Shown here piece after piece: positions 10,935-26,268 of a stretch of 64,000 nucleotides of DNA. Source of the stretch: the human T2T-CHM13v2.0 reference genome, Homo sapiens. The position numbers and the translations under genes were made by a program. The number at the start of each line of letters is the position of its first letter. Within the stretch, counting starts at the first letter, position 1. The notes under the pieces were generated by a model. That model was not told the origin of the DNA. It worked only from the letters and a program-made list of their open reading frames with translations, and ran no database searches. The stretch lies in assembly GCF_009914755.1 (NCBI RefSeq), contig NC_060935.1; one strand, given 5' to 3'.

Positions 10935-12336
10935 GTTTAATCATACTAGTAATACTAAAGCCACTGACACTTTCACCTATGGTTATAAATGGGGACCAAG
11001 ATGACTGTCATCACTGTATGATAGAAGCCTGGTCCGGAAAAGGTGTGACTAAAACTCTGTTATATCAGACCTACTATGAGTGTACAGGGACTCATACAGG
11101 AACTTGTGTCTATAACCAGACTTGTTACTCAGTCTGTGATCCTGGAAACAGGCAACCCTAAGTATGTTATGACCCAGAGTTCTTGCCCTGTGATTTCTCA
11201 TTTGAAGTCCAAATTGGCAAATCCCTAATGCCATCATATACAAACCCCACAGAAACCGGGGTCAATAAACTTGTAAACAAAACAGAAGTATTCCCTTACT
11301 TGCATAAAGGGCCTGTCTCCATATATTTTGATGCCTGCCAAGCTGATGTATGTGGAGGTACTAATATAGAAGATCAATGGCCCTGGAAGCCAGAGAACTG
11401 ATGCCACAGGACAGTTTTACCTTGCCTGAATTTGAGGAACACCTGCAGGATTATATTGGATCTGTGGAACAAAAGCTTATCAATTGCTGTCTGATAAATG
11501 GATAGGGGCGAGTGTATTAGGAACAATAAGGCTATCCTTTTTCCTACTCCCACTGCAGCAAGGGAAAAATCTAAGGTATCTGGTCTATGATGAAGGCAGA
11601 AAAAGAGTCTGAAGAAATGTGTTTACAAAAATAAGTACTTGGAAAAAATAAATACTACCATTAAAAGGACATTGAAATAGGGAGCTGGAAAGAGAATGAA
11701 TGGCCCCTTGAAAGAATTAACAAATACTATGTACCAGCCACCTGGGCACAAAATGGGTCATGGAGATACCATACTCCTATTTATATGTTAAGTTGCATCA
11801 CAAGGTTGCAAGCAGTTCTGGAAATTATAGTCATTGAAACAGCCTGAGCCTTAGACTTGCTAGCCATACAGGCGACCCAGATGAGAGATGCCATTTATCA
11901 GAACAGGTTAGCCCTGGATTATCTTTTAGCTTCAGAAGGAGGAGTTTGTGGAAAACTTAATTTAATGAATTGCTTTTTACAAATTGATGACAATGGAAAA
12001 GCTGTCATGAAAATCACTGCCAGGATGCTAAAGTTAGCTCATGTTCTGGCCCAGATGTGGTCTGGTTGGAACCCGAGTTCACCCTTTGGAGGATGGTTTT
12101 CATGGTTTGGAGGCTTTAAAACTTTAATAATAGGCTTTGTGGCCATAATAGGTGTATGCCTCCTGCTTTCTTGTCTCCTGCCACTTCTCATCAGAAGCAT
12201 CCAATCCACCATAGAAGCAATAGTAGCCAGACATACCACCACATGAATAGTGGCTCTGCAAAAGTACCAACCAGTATCCCAAGATGAGTATGTACCCACT
12301 CAAGAAAAAATAGCTAACTGTGGTTCTCTTTACTAA
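10922..12336 (+). pseudogene. env: env remnant, ERV3/HERV-R-like
   Basis: Signal peptide then DCHHCMIEAWSGKGVTKTLLYQTYYECTG...YSVCDPG, resembling the recalled ERV3-1 Env N-terminus; stop at 11159; SU deletions; furin site RV*R; [23 protein letters not shown]; CX6CC changed to CF. Confidence 0.9.
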
Positions 12337-12369
12337 TCTACATTTGTGTCATGCACCAAAAGGGGGGAA

Positions 12370-12854
12370 TGAAGAAGGAATTAATGAAATCAACTATAAC
12401 CTAATAGTAGTAGTAATAGAAGTTTTAAAATCCTCTTAAAGTTGCTGCAAAGTGTGACCTCCCCTTACACTCAAGTTACAAGGGAATATTAACAGCCTGT
12501 CTTCTCTCTGTGGACAGTGGACCTTATCTATGCTCCCCAACTCCACATTCTTCAAAGTTTATTACAGGCCCAGCGAGTTCCTGCACGACTGCAGGGTCAC
12601 AAGACCGATAAGTTTAGGTTGCAAGTCATGTCTTTCTCAAAATGTAAGAAATGTTGCAATGCCGCCGTTGTTTCTTGCTTCTGTAACTTGCTTCCTGCTT
12701 CACGTAGTTCCTGCCTTAAGATATTTAAAAGTAGTAGAAGCTCTTTCTTCGGGGCTCAGGCTTTCTGGACACATGTCCGTCTGGGCTGGTGATCACCTTA
12801 ATGGACTCTCCTGAACATTTATCGATCTCTTTGGTCTTTGATTGTCTCACAACA
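12370..12854 (+). repeat. 3' LTR of provirus
   Basis: tgaagaagg...gtctcacaaca, preceded by polypurine tract. Confidence 0.95.
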
Positions 12855-13857
12855 AAGATTGGTTCTTTGATTTAACTTCGTCAGACAAAAATAAAAAAGA
12901 ATGAACAAAACCTTGAGATATATGGGATTATATAAAGAGACCAAACCTATGACTCATTGGCATCCCTAAAAAAGAGAGTAAGCAAGTTGCAAAACATTGT
13001 CCATCAAAATCTCCTCAACCTAGTTAAACGGGTTGACAAAGAAATTTAGGAAATTCACAGAACCCCTGCAAGATACTATACAAGATGATCATCCTTGAGA
13101 CATATAGTCATCGGATTCTCCAAGGTCAATGCAAAAGAAAAAATATTAAAGGCAGCTAAAGAGAAGGGGCATGTCACCTACCCACAAGGGGAACATCATC
13201 ATGCCAGCAGAAAACTTTTCAGCAGAAACTCTAAAAGGCAGAAGAGATTGGGGGCCTATATTCAGCATTCTTGAAGAAAAGAAATTCCAATCAAGAAGTT
13301 CCTATACAGCTATACTAAAATTCATGAGCAAAAGAGAAATAAAATGCTTTTCAGACAAGCAAATGTTAAGGGAATTTATTACCAGACCTGACTTAAAAGG
13401 AGTCCTTAAGGGAGCACTACACATGGAATCAAAAGACCATTACTGGCCACTGCAAAAACGCAGTGAAGTACACAGCCCATTGACACTATAAAGGAACTAC
13501 ACAATCAAGCCTACATAACAACTAGTTAACAACACAATAACAGAATCACATCCACACATATCAGTATTAACTTTGAATATAAACAAGTTAAATGATTCCA
13601 CTTAAAGGGTGCAGAGTGGCAAATTAGATAAAGAAGTAAGACCCAACTATATGCTCTCTTCAGGAGATCCATGTCACATATAATGACAATCATAGGCTCA
13701 AAGTAAAGGGATGGAAGAAGATCTATCAAGCAAACAGAAAACAAAAAAAGGGTTACTATTCTTATCTCAAAGTACATTTTAAACAAACCATGATCAAAAG
13801 GATAAAGAAGGACATTACATCATGATAAAGGGTTCAATTCAACAAGAAGACTTAAAT

Positions 13858-13970
13858 AGTATACATATTACATATTATTTATTATTTAAATATATTTAAT
13901 ATTATATACTAAATATTATATATAGATGTATATCTATTCTCTATACATACATATATATATATATATATAT
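13858..13970. repeat. (TA)n low-complexity expansion inside L1
   Basis: AT-rich tract atatatatat interrupting the endonuclease-coding region. Confidence 0.85.
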
Positions 13971-15020
13971 CTAACACCGGAGCACCCAGATTTATGAAAC
14001 AAGTTCTTAGAGACCTGTGAAGAAACTTAGATAACCACAAAATAATAGTGGGAGATTTCAACACCCCACTGACAGTATTAGACAAATAATTGAGGCAGAA
14101 AACTAACAAGAATATTCAGAATCTAAATTCAATGGTTGACCAAATAGACTTCACAGACATCTACAGAACATACCACTTACCACTCCAAACAAGAGAATAT
14201 ACATTCTCCTACTCTGCACATGGCACATACTCTAAAATCAACCACATTCTCAGCCATAAAGCAATTCTCAACAAATTCAAAAATAACCAAATCATACCAA
14301 CCACAGTATCAGATCACAGCACAATAAAAATAGAAGTCAATACCAATGAGATATCTCAAAACCATATATTTAAATGCAAATTAAATAACCTGCTCCTGAA
14401 TGACTTTTGGGTAAACAATAAAATTTAGGCATAAAGCAATTTTTTTGAAACTAATGAAAACAAAGATACAACATATCAGAATCTCTGAGATATAGACAAA
14501 GCAGTGGTAAGAGAAATGTTCATAGCACTAATTATCCACATCAAAAAGTCAGAAATGTCTCAAAATAACAGCTTGACATCACACCCAGAGGAACTAGAAA
14601 AACAAGGGCAAACCAAACCAGAAGCTAGCAGAAGAAAAGAAATGAACAAAATCCAAGCTGAACTGAACAAAATGGAGATGTGAACAAAACATACAAAAAG
14701 ATCAGTAAAACCAAAAGTTGGTTCATTGAAAGAATAATAAGATTGATACACCACTATCTAGGGTAATAAAAAAAGAGATAAGATCCAAATAAATGCAAGC
14801 AGAAATGATGAAGGAGGACATTAGCACTGCTCCCATAGAAACACAAAAACCCTCATAGACTATTATGAACACTTCTATGCATACAGACTAGAAAACATAA
14901 AGAAAAAAAAAGATAAACTCCTGGAAACATACAATCTCCCAAGATTGTATTAGGAAGAAGTTGAAACCCTTAACCAACCATTAACAAGTTCCAAAACTGA
15001 ATCAGTAATAAAAAATCTAC

Positions 15021-17266
15021 TGCATTAGTCTGTTCTCATGCTGCTAATAAAGACATACCCAAAACTGTGTAATTTATAAAGAAATTTCAATGGACTCACA
15101 GTTTCACATGGCTGAGAGGCCTCACAATCATGGCAGAAAGTGAAGGAGGAGAAAAAAACACGTCTTACATGGTGGCAGACATGAGTGCATGTGCAGAAGA
15201 ACTGTCCTGTATAAAACCATCCCATATCATGAGACTTATTCACTATCATGAGAACATACATAAGAAACCCACTGCCATGATTCAATTACCTCCTACCAGG
15301 TCCCTCCCAGGACAAATCAGGATTATGGGAGCTACAAATCAAGATGAGATTTGGGTGGGTACACAGCCAAACCATATTATTCTGCCCCTGGCCCCTCTCA
15401 AATCTCATGTCCTCACATTTCAAAACCAATCATGCCTTCCCAACAGTCCCCCAAAGTCTTAACTCATTTCAGCATTAACTCAAAGTCTGCAATCCAAAGT
15501 CTTATCTGAGACAAGGCAAGAACTTTCTGCCTATGAGCCTATAAAATTGCAAGCAAGTTATTTTCTTTCTACATACAATGGGGACTACAGGCATTGGTTA
15601 AATACACCCATTCAAAATGGGAGAAATTGGCCAAAACAAAGGGCCTCAGGCCTCATGCAAGTTCAAAATCCAATAGGGTACTCATTAAACCTTCAAGTTC
15701 CAAAATGATCTCCTTTGACACCATGTCTCACATCCAGGTCATGCTGATGCAAGAGGTAGGCTCCCATGGCCTTGGGCAGCTCTGACCCTGTGGCTTTGCA
15801 GGGTACAGCTCCCTATCTGCCTCCTTTTACAGGCTGGAGTTGAGTGTCTGCAGCTTTTCCAGGTGTGGGTGAAAGCTGTCAGTGGACCTACCATTTTGGA
15901 GTCTGGAGGACAGTGGCCCTCTTCTCACAGCTCCACTAGGCAGTGCCCCAGTGGGAACTCTGTGTGGGGGCTCCAATCTCACATCTCCTCTGCCCTAGCT
16001 AAGGTTCTCTATGAGGGCTCTACCCCTGCAGCACACCTCTGCCTGGACATGCAGGCATTTCCATGAAATCTAGGCAGAGGTTCCTAAACCTCCATCCTTG
16101 TCTTCTGTGCACCCACAGGACCAACAACACATGAAAGCTGTTAAGGCTTGGGACTTGCACCCTCTGAAGTCATGGCCCGAGTTGTACATTGGCCCCTTTT
16201 AGTCACAGCTGGAGTGGCTGGGATGCAGGGCACCAAGTTCCAAGGCTGCACACAGCAGGGGAGCCATGGACTTGGCCCAGAAACCATTTTCCCTCCTAGG
16301 CCTCCAGGCCTGTTGTGGGAGGGGCTGCCATGAAGTTCTCTGACATGCGCTGGAGACATTTTCCCCATTGTCTTGGTGATTAACATTTGGCTCCTCATTA
16401 CTTATGCAAATTTCTGCTGTGGACTTGAATTCTTCCCAGAAAATGGGTTCTTCTTTTCTACCGCATCATCAGATTGCACATTTTTCAAACTTGTGTGATC
16501 TGCTTCATTTTGAACACTTTACCACTTAGAAATTTCTTCTGCCAGATACCCTAAATTAACTCTCTCAAGTTTAAAGTTTCACTTATCTCTAGGGCAGGGG
16601 AAAATGCTACCAGTTTCTTTGCATAGCAAGAGTGACATTTACTCCAGTTCCCAACAAGTTTCTCATCTCCATCTGATACCACCTCAGCCTGAACTTTATT
16701 ATCCATATCACTTCAGCATTTTTGTCAAAGCCATTCAACAAGCCTCTAGGAAGTTCCAAACTTTATCACTTTTTTTTTATATTCTTCCACATCCTCTAAA
16801 TTGTTTCATCCTCTGCCTCTTACCCAGTTTCAAAGTCACTTCCACATTTTCAGGTATCTTTACAGCAGCACTACACTCTACTGCTACCAATTTATTGTAT
16901 TATTCTGTTTTCATGCTGCTTATAAGGACATACCCAAGACTTGGAAACTTATAAAGAAAAAGAGGTTTCATTGACTTACAATTTTACATGGCTGGGGAGG
17001 CCTCACAGGCCTCACAATTATAGCAGAAGGTGAAGGAGCAAAGGCACATCTTACATGGTGGCAGGCAAGAGAGCATGTGCAGGAAAACTGCCTTTTAGAA
17101 ATCAATCAGGTGTCATGACACTTATTCACTCTCATGAGAACAGCACAGGAAAAACCCACCCCCATGATTCAATTACCTCCTACTTGGTCCCTCCCATGAC
17201 ACATGGAAATTATGGGAGCTACAATTCAAGATAAAATTTTGGTAGGGACACAGCAAAACCATATCA
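15021..17266 (-). mobile_element. Full-length THE1 element (LTR 15021-15379, internal 15380-16895, LTR 16896-17266)
   Basis: Two THE1 LTRs (tg[ct]att...accatat[ct]a) around ~1.5-kb THE1-int; degenerate 5-bp TSD tctac/actat. Confidence 0.92.
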
Positions 17267-17940
17267 ACTATCATTCAGAAAAAGCCCTGATTCAGATGGA
17301 TTAATAGCCAAATTTTACCAGAGATATGAAGAAGAGCTATAACAACTTAATTGAAATTATTACTGAAAATTTAGTAGGAGGGACTGCTCCCTAAGTCATT
17401 CTATGAGGCCAGCATCATTCTGTAACAAAATCTGGCAGAGACATGACAAAAAAGAAAACTAAAGGCTAATATCCCTGATGAACATAGATGCAAAAATTCT
17501 CAACAAAATACTAGCAAACTGAATCCAGCAGCACATCAAAATACAATCCATCACAATCAAGTATGCTTTATCCCTGTGACTCAAAGTTGGTTCAACATAT
17601 GCAGATCAAAAGACATAATTTATCACATAAACAGACCTAAAAACAAAAACCACATGACTATCTCAATAGACACAATAGACACAAAAGACTGTCAATAAAA
17701 TTTAACATCCTTCATGTTAAATACCCTCAACAAACAAGGCATTGAAGGAACATACTTCTAAATAATAGGAGCTATTTATGACCAACTGACAGCTGAGATC
17801 ATACTAAATGGGCAAACGCTAGGCACAATCCCCTTGAGAACCAGAACTAGACAAGGATGCCCACTCTCACTAATCCTATTCAACATTGTACTGGAATTCC
17901 TAGCCAGAGAAATCAGGCCATATAGAAAGAAATAGAAGGA

Positions 17941-18236
17941 GGATGGGTGCAGTGGCTTATACTTGCAATCCCAGCACTTTGGGAGGCTGAAGTGGGAGGA
18001 TCACTTGAGGTCAGGAGTTTGAGACCAGCCTGGTCAACATGGTGAAAGACCATCTCTCCTGAAAAAATAAAAAAATTATCTGGACATAGTGTACATCTGT
18101 AGTCCTAGCTACTCAGGAGTCTGAGGCATAAGAATTACTTGAACCCCGGAGGTGGAGCTTGCAGTGAGCTGAGAATATGCCACTGCATTCCAGCCTGGAG
18201 AACAGAGTGAGACTCCATCTCAAAAAAAATTAAAAA
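17941..18236 (+). mobile_element. Alu (AluS/J)
   Basis: Full dimer; TSD aagaaatagaagg / aagaaataaaagg. Confidence 0.92.
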
Positions 18237-20168
18237 TTACAAGAAATAAAAGGGGTCCCAATAGGAAAAGAGGAAGTCAAAATATGTCTCTTTAAATATG
18301 ATATGATTTTATACCTAGAAAACCCCATAGTCCCTGCACAAAACTTCCTAGAACTGATAAACAACTTCAGCAAAGTTTTAGGATAAAAAATCAATGTAAA
18401 AAAATAAGTAGCATTTTTGAAAACACCAAAAATGTCCAAGCTGACAGCCAAATCGAGAATGCAATTCCATTCATAATAGCCGCAAGAGAACAAAATACCT
18501 AGTAATACAGATAACTAGAGAGGTGAAATATCTCTACAATGACAATTACAGAACACTGCTGAAAGAAATCAGAGATGACAAAAAGAACTGCAAAAACATT
18601 CCATGATCATGGATAGAAAGAATTAACATTGTTGCAATGGCCATACTGCCCAAAGCAATTTGCAGATTCAATGCTATTTATATCAAACTACCAATGACAC
18701 TTTTCACGTGAAGTACCCAGACATATAAGGCAAATGTTACTAGAGTCAAAGAAAGAGATGGACCTCAATACAAAAAAAGTGTTTGTGGACTTTAGTTACC
18801 CAAACTTCAGAATTGAATTGATCATCCAGACAGAAAATCAACAGACACATTTGATTTAACCTGCAATATAGACCAAGTGGACCTAATGGTTATTTGTAGA
18901 TTATTTTATTTAACACTGCAGAATATACATTCTGCTCATTAGCACATGGAACATCCTCCAGGATAGACTATATATTAGCCTGCAAAACAAGCATCAGCAA
19001 ATTTTTAAAAATAGAAACAGAGGAACAAAATGGAATAAAACTAGAAATTCATAAAAATAGGGACTTTGAAAAGTATACAAAGACATGAAAATTAAACAAC
19101 ATGCTCCTGAATGTCATTTGGGTCAATGAAGAAATTAAGATAAAAACAAAAACATTTGTTGAAATGAATGCAAATGGAATCATAACATACCAAAACCTAG
19201 GAATACAGCAGAAGTAGTGCTAAGAGGAAAATTTACAGCAACAAACAATTAGATACAAAAAGCAGAAAGATTTCAAATAAAGAACATGATAATGCACCTT
19301 AAAGAATTAGAAAAGCAAGAACAAAGCAAACCCAATAATGAGCAGAATTTTTTTTTTAAATCAGTTTAAGAACAATACAAAGAATCACCAAAACAAAAAT
19401 TTGTGTTTTTTGAAAGGATAAACAAAATTTTAAAACTTTTAGCTGGATTAATTTGAAAAACAGAGAAAAAACCAAATAAATACAATCATAAATTTAAAAG
19501 GAAGCGTAACAACTGGCACCACAGAGTTACAAAGGATTTTAAAGACTACTATATGCCAGTAAGTTGGAAAACCTGGAGTAAATAGATGAATTTCTGGATG
19601 TATACAAGCTACCAAGATTAAACCATTAAGATATAGGATACCTGGAACATACAGGCAACAAATAACAAGATAGAAGCAGTAATAAAAAGTTTCTCATCAA
19701 AGAAAAGACCAGGACCTTATGGATTCACTACTAAGTTCTACCAAAAAATTTTAAAATACTAATTTTTAAAATTAGTAATACTACTCAAACTATTCTAAAA
19801 AATTGATGGGAAAGAAATACTTCTAAACTCATTCTATGAGGCCAGCATTAACCTGATACAAAAACCACGTGAAGAAACACACAAAAAAGAAAACTACAGG
19901 CCAATATCCTCATTAATATATATTCAAAAATCTTCAACAAAATACTAGCTAACTGAATTCACTGATACATCGACAAGATTATTCACCATGATCAAGAAGG
20001 ATTTATCCCAGGGGTGCAAGGATGATTTGACATATAGAAATCACTAAAAGTGATACATTACATTAATAGAATCAAGAACATAAGCCACATGATCATTTCA
20101 ATAGACGCCAAAAAATAAATCAAGTTCAACATTTCTTCATGATAAAAACTCAACACAATAGGTATAAA

Positions 20169-21785
<1,617 letters not shown>

Positions 21786-22785
21786 AGTAGAAGGAACAGT
21801 GGAGGCAAAGTATGACAAGTGCAGAGCTAGCATAATCCTGAATAGAAAAAGATTGAAAACCTTTTCTCTAATATCAGGAACCAGACAAGAATGCTACTTT
21901 TACCACTTTTTATTTAGCATAGTATAGGAAGTCCCAGCCAGAGCAATTAGGCAAGAAAAAGAAATAAAAGAGGTGGTTTGTTGTTGTTGTTGTTTTTTCC
22001 CCCAAGATGGTGAATTAGAAGTTTCTAGCATGCCTCAGCCACTTGGTAATAACAAGATAGTGAATAAAGATAAACTCTGTGAGCTTTAATTCAAGAAGGA
22101 ATGTGGGACTCCACCAGAATTATGAAGAACACCCCAGATCCTGGAGAGAAGAATGTGGGTGAACAGCCCTTGTTGTGGTGTCCAGCTGAGAAAAGTGAGT
22201 AAAGCTTTAGGACATGAGAGAGGTAGAGAGCTTCCCTCTGTGACTCACTACTCTACTGGGACCAAGCAACGCAGGCTGAGGGAGAGCACTTTATTTCTCC
22301 CAAGCCCTGGAGATAACTTGGGGAGAAGCTTAGACACAGAGTGAGACACCAAGAAAAGCTACAGTATTTTTCTCAGACCCAGGACAAAGAGCAGGATGCC
22401 ATTTTTAACATGGGCGCTTATAAAGTCAGCCATTCTTTGGTGACTCAGCAGTATAGCCACACAGGCATTTTCATTTCTGTCCAGAGATTTAAGAGCCTGC
22501 TCTGGAGTGGGTTAGAGGCCTCTACAGCCAGAACTGTGAAAAGTGCCTTAGCAGTAGGCCCTGGAGTTGTGTTCTTCCCCATTGCAGGCCTGGCTTCGCA
22601 GGAGAGCTGTCTCATCTGCAGTTTTTCTTGGGTGATGAGATTTGCAGCCAGGGCCAGCTTGGTGACCTGGTGCTGGTCAGCATTTGTCATTCCTTGGTGT
22701 CCCAGTCTACTGCCCTGAGATCATGGTGCAGTGAGGTCCTCGCCACTCCATCCCCAGGCAGAAATCTAGGCATTCAGAGCCCCTG

Positions 22786-23319
22786 TGTTGTGGTCAATAC
22801 TGAGTGTCAATTTGATTGGATCAGAGGATAGAAAGTATTGATCCTGGGTGTGTCTGTGAGGGTGTTGCCAAAGGAGATTAACATTTGAGTCAGTGGGCTG
22901 GGAAATGTAAGAAAGGCAGACCCACCCTTAATGTGGGTGGGCACCTTCTAACCAGCTGCCAGCATGGCCAGGGTAAAGCAGCCAGAGAAAAGTGAAGAGG
23001 TTAGCCTGGCCTAGCCTCCCAGCCTACATCTTTCTCCTGTGCTGGACCCTTCCAGTCCTCAAACAATGGACTCCAGGTTCTTCAGTTTTGGGACTCCGAC
23101 TGGCTTTTTCTTGCTCCTCAGCTTGCAGATGGCCTATTGTGGGACCTTGTGATAATGTAATTAATACTTAATAAACTCCTCATTATAAATATAAAGAACA
23201 GGTTATTAATTATATAGTCAATATATATAGTATAGAGTTTATTATATATAAAATACTATATATATAATTGGATATATATATCTCCAATTAGTTCTATCTA
23301 TATAGAGAACCCAAATACA
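22786..23319 (+). mobile_element. MLT2A (ERVL) solo LTR
   Basis: tgttgtggtcaatactgagtgtcaa...gattggatc...(TA)n...gagaacccaaataca; TSD ccctg/acctg. Confidence 0.9.
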
Positions 23320-25103
23320 ACCTGATTGCATGGACCCACAGCCTGAGCCACCACACTCTTCATGAATATAGATCGTGGGTCAGTGGGGTTATTTCTGCTC
23401 CACACTCAGGCAGATCTCCAGGAATTCAAAACACCTCCTTGCCTGAATCAGCAGCCTGAGTCAGCCAACTCTTTCTGTGCATAGATCATGGTACAGTGGG
23501 TCCCTCTTTCCTGTACATGTAAACAGATCTTTAGGCATTTGGATCACCCACTGACATGGAGCCTGAGTCATCACCTTTCTGTGAAGAGATCTGGGTGCAG
23601 GAGGGCCCTCTCTATGCCATGCTCAGGGAGATCTCCAGACATTTGGAGCACCTGCTCACCCATAACAGAAGTCTGAGTCAGCCTACCCCTCCTGTGCAGA
23701 GAGCCTGGTGCAGGGAGGCCCTCTCCACTCCTTGCCCAGGCAGATCTTCAGGCATTTGGAGCACCCACTTGCATGGACTAGCAGCTGGAATTTCCCTACC
23801 CTCCTTGTGTGGAGAACTGGGGTTGAAAGTGTTTCCTAGCTCCACATCCAGGCACAACTTTTGGGTGCTTAGTGGCTGCCCACTGAAGTCTCTCTTGATG
23901 CTGGTACTCTTGTCTGCAATTGGAGGACCTGTAGGTAGACCAAGATGGTCAGGCCCTACTCACCTTGGCCCCTCCCCCACACAGGGCTGAGCAAGGAACT
24001 AAGCTCAGACCCTGTGCACTCCATGAATCAGCCTATTGCCTGAGGTAATAGAGAACTCCCAGCAGACAAGGACCAAGTATAATGTACACCCAGCCAATTT
24101 CCCCTCAGCTGGCTCTTATCCATAAGCGCCATCTACTGGCTTGCCTGTCAAATTGCACAGCCCAATACAAAACCTGTGGCTATAGAAGCAAAGTGAAAAG
24201 ATCCTCCTATCCAGCATTCTCCACAGTCATAACCCCTGGGTTGGGGACGGAAGGAAGATACAATGATTTTAGGTCCCACATCCAGAGCACAGTAGTATGA
24301 GGGATGGGCTCCCAAGGCCTTGGGAAGCTCCACCCTTGTGACTTTGAAGGGTGTAGCCTCCATGGCTGCTCTCATGGGCTGGAGTCAAAAGTTTGGGCTG
24401 CAAGCCTGAAGCCTTCTGTGTTTGTGAGCCGATAGTGAGTTCACCATCTTTGAGTCTGGAGGGTAGCAGCCCCCTTCCCACAGCTACTCTAGGCAGTACC
24501 CTGATGGGGACTCTGCGTGGAGTCTCCAGTCCCACATATCCCCTTGGTACTGCCCTAGAAGAGTTTCTCTGTGAAGGCTCTGCCCCTGTGGCAGAATTCT
24601 GTCTGAATACCCAGGCTTTCCCATACATCCTCTGGAAACTATGTGGGAGCTATCAAGCCTTTTTCATTTTTGCATTTTGTGCACCTGCAGGCTTAACACC
24701 ATGTGGAAGCCGCCACTGCCTATGAATTGTGCTCTCCAGAGCAGCAGCCTGAGCTGTATCTAGGACCCTTTGAGCCTTGACTGTGGCTGGAGTAGCCAGG
24801 ATTTAGAGAGAACTGTCCCAAGGCAACACAGGGCAGCTGCACCCCAGGCCTGGCCATTGAAATGATTCTTTCCTCCTAGTCCTCTCGGCCTGTGATAAGG
24901 GGGGCTGCCTTGGAGATTTCTGAAATGTCTTAAAGGCCTTTTTGCCATTGTCTTGGATGTTAGCCCCTGGCTCCCTTTTGTAATACTAATCTCTCTAGTA
25001 ACAGGTTGTTCTGCCCACTGCTTGGATTCTTTCTCTGCCAAAGAACCAAGCTACAAATTTTCCAAACTTTAATGCTCTGCTTCCTTTTAAAATAAAAGTT
25101 TCA

Positions 25104-25378
<275 letters not shown>

Positions 25379-25538
25379 ATGTATATATGTAAATATATGT
25401 TCAAATTTTAAGTCATTCCTTTGCTTCTGCATCTGATCATAGGCAATTAAAAGTAGCCACACCAATTCTTCAATGTTTTGCTGCTTTAAAATTTCTTCTA
25501 CTAGATACCATAGGTCATCACTCTTAACTTCAACCTTC

Positions 25539-26268
25539 TGTAACACCTAAGGTTCTTGCCTAGCCATGCCAAAGAATTGGGGTTGTGGCTGACCACAGTG
25601 AGTGATAGAGACTCAGACTGAGAGAGAGTGAGCAGTAGGTTTTATTGAGCAGAGCAAGAGTACAAAGCTTCCACAGCATGGAAGGGGTCCCGAATGGGTA
25701 GCCACTGGTGGTTTTGGGTGATTGCCTTTTAAACTCTTTTAGGCGGGAAATACGAGTGGCGGGAAGATGTTACCAGAGCAAGAAACAAAGGCAGTAAATT
25801 ATTTTGTGCCATGTCTTAGATTTTGAGGAAAACTGGAATTGCAACTTAGGTTTTATCTAAGTTGACCTTTTATCTTATCTTATGACCTTGCAGCAGCCTG
25901 GCAAAGGAGACAGGATCTTACAGGACTTTACAAAGTATGTTTACAAGGAATTGGAATTGGGAATATAGATAAGGTCCCCTGGTCACAGAAAAACAGGCAG
26001 TTAACATTTCTTTTACTTTAGTTTCGAGGGAGGGGGAAGGGGGAGAGGGAGAGACGACAGAGAAACTTAACAGCAAAATTTTCTCTGTTTATAGCTTTCT
26101 TGGGGAAGAAAACACATGCACAAATCCTGGTGTTAGGAATATTTTAAGCATAAATTTTCAATATTATTCATCCAGGACTGAAGTAAGTCTTCATGCAGGA
26201 AATGAGTGAGTTTCATAGCTTTCTGAACCCCTACTCGACCCAGAAAGCCCAGCTGGCACCTCCTCTCA
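25539..26268 (-). mobile_element. ERV1 solo LTR (LTR30-like), 730 bp
   Basis: Minus strand starts TGAGAGGAGGTGCCAGCTGGGC and ends GTGTTACA; perfect 4-bp TSD cttc; family name from recall. Confidence 0.8.

Larger units (their letters stand above)
5635..12854 (+). mobile_element. Two-LTR endogenous gammaretrovirus-like provirus, HERV-ERI group (ERV3/HERV-R-related; tentatively HERV1/HERV3 type), defective
   Basis: Paired ~487-bp TG...CA LTRs, PBS-Pro, gag/pol/env remnants, PPT aaaaggggggaa before the 3' LTR, AAAG/AAG duplicated flank within the L1 ORF1. Confidence 0.95.
4200..18707 (+). mobile_element. Old L1 (L1PA13-16-like), ORF1 to most of ORF2, hosting Alu, THE1D LTR, an ERV provirus, a full THE1 and a second Alu
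   Basis: ORF1 start region near 4573; ORF1 remnant 13171-13491 (DWGPIFSILEEKKFQ); endonuclease remnant 14090-14428; RT region to 18707; sequence resumes collinearly after each insertion; left boundary approximate. Confidence 0.85.

Noticed and set aside
23320-23830. Degenerate ~100-bp repeats (cagatctccaggcatt...agcctgagtcagcc)
   Set aside because: Normal repeated structure of old L1PA 5' UTRs; not a CRISPR-like or novel array
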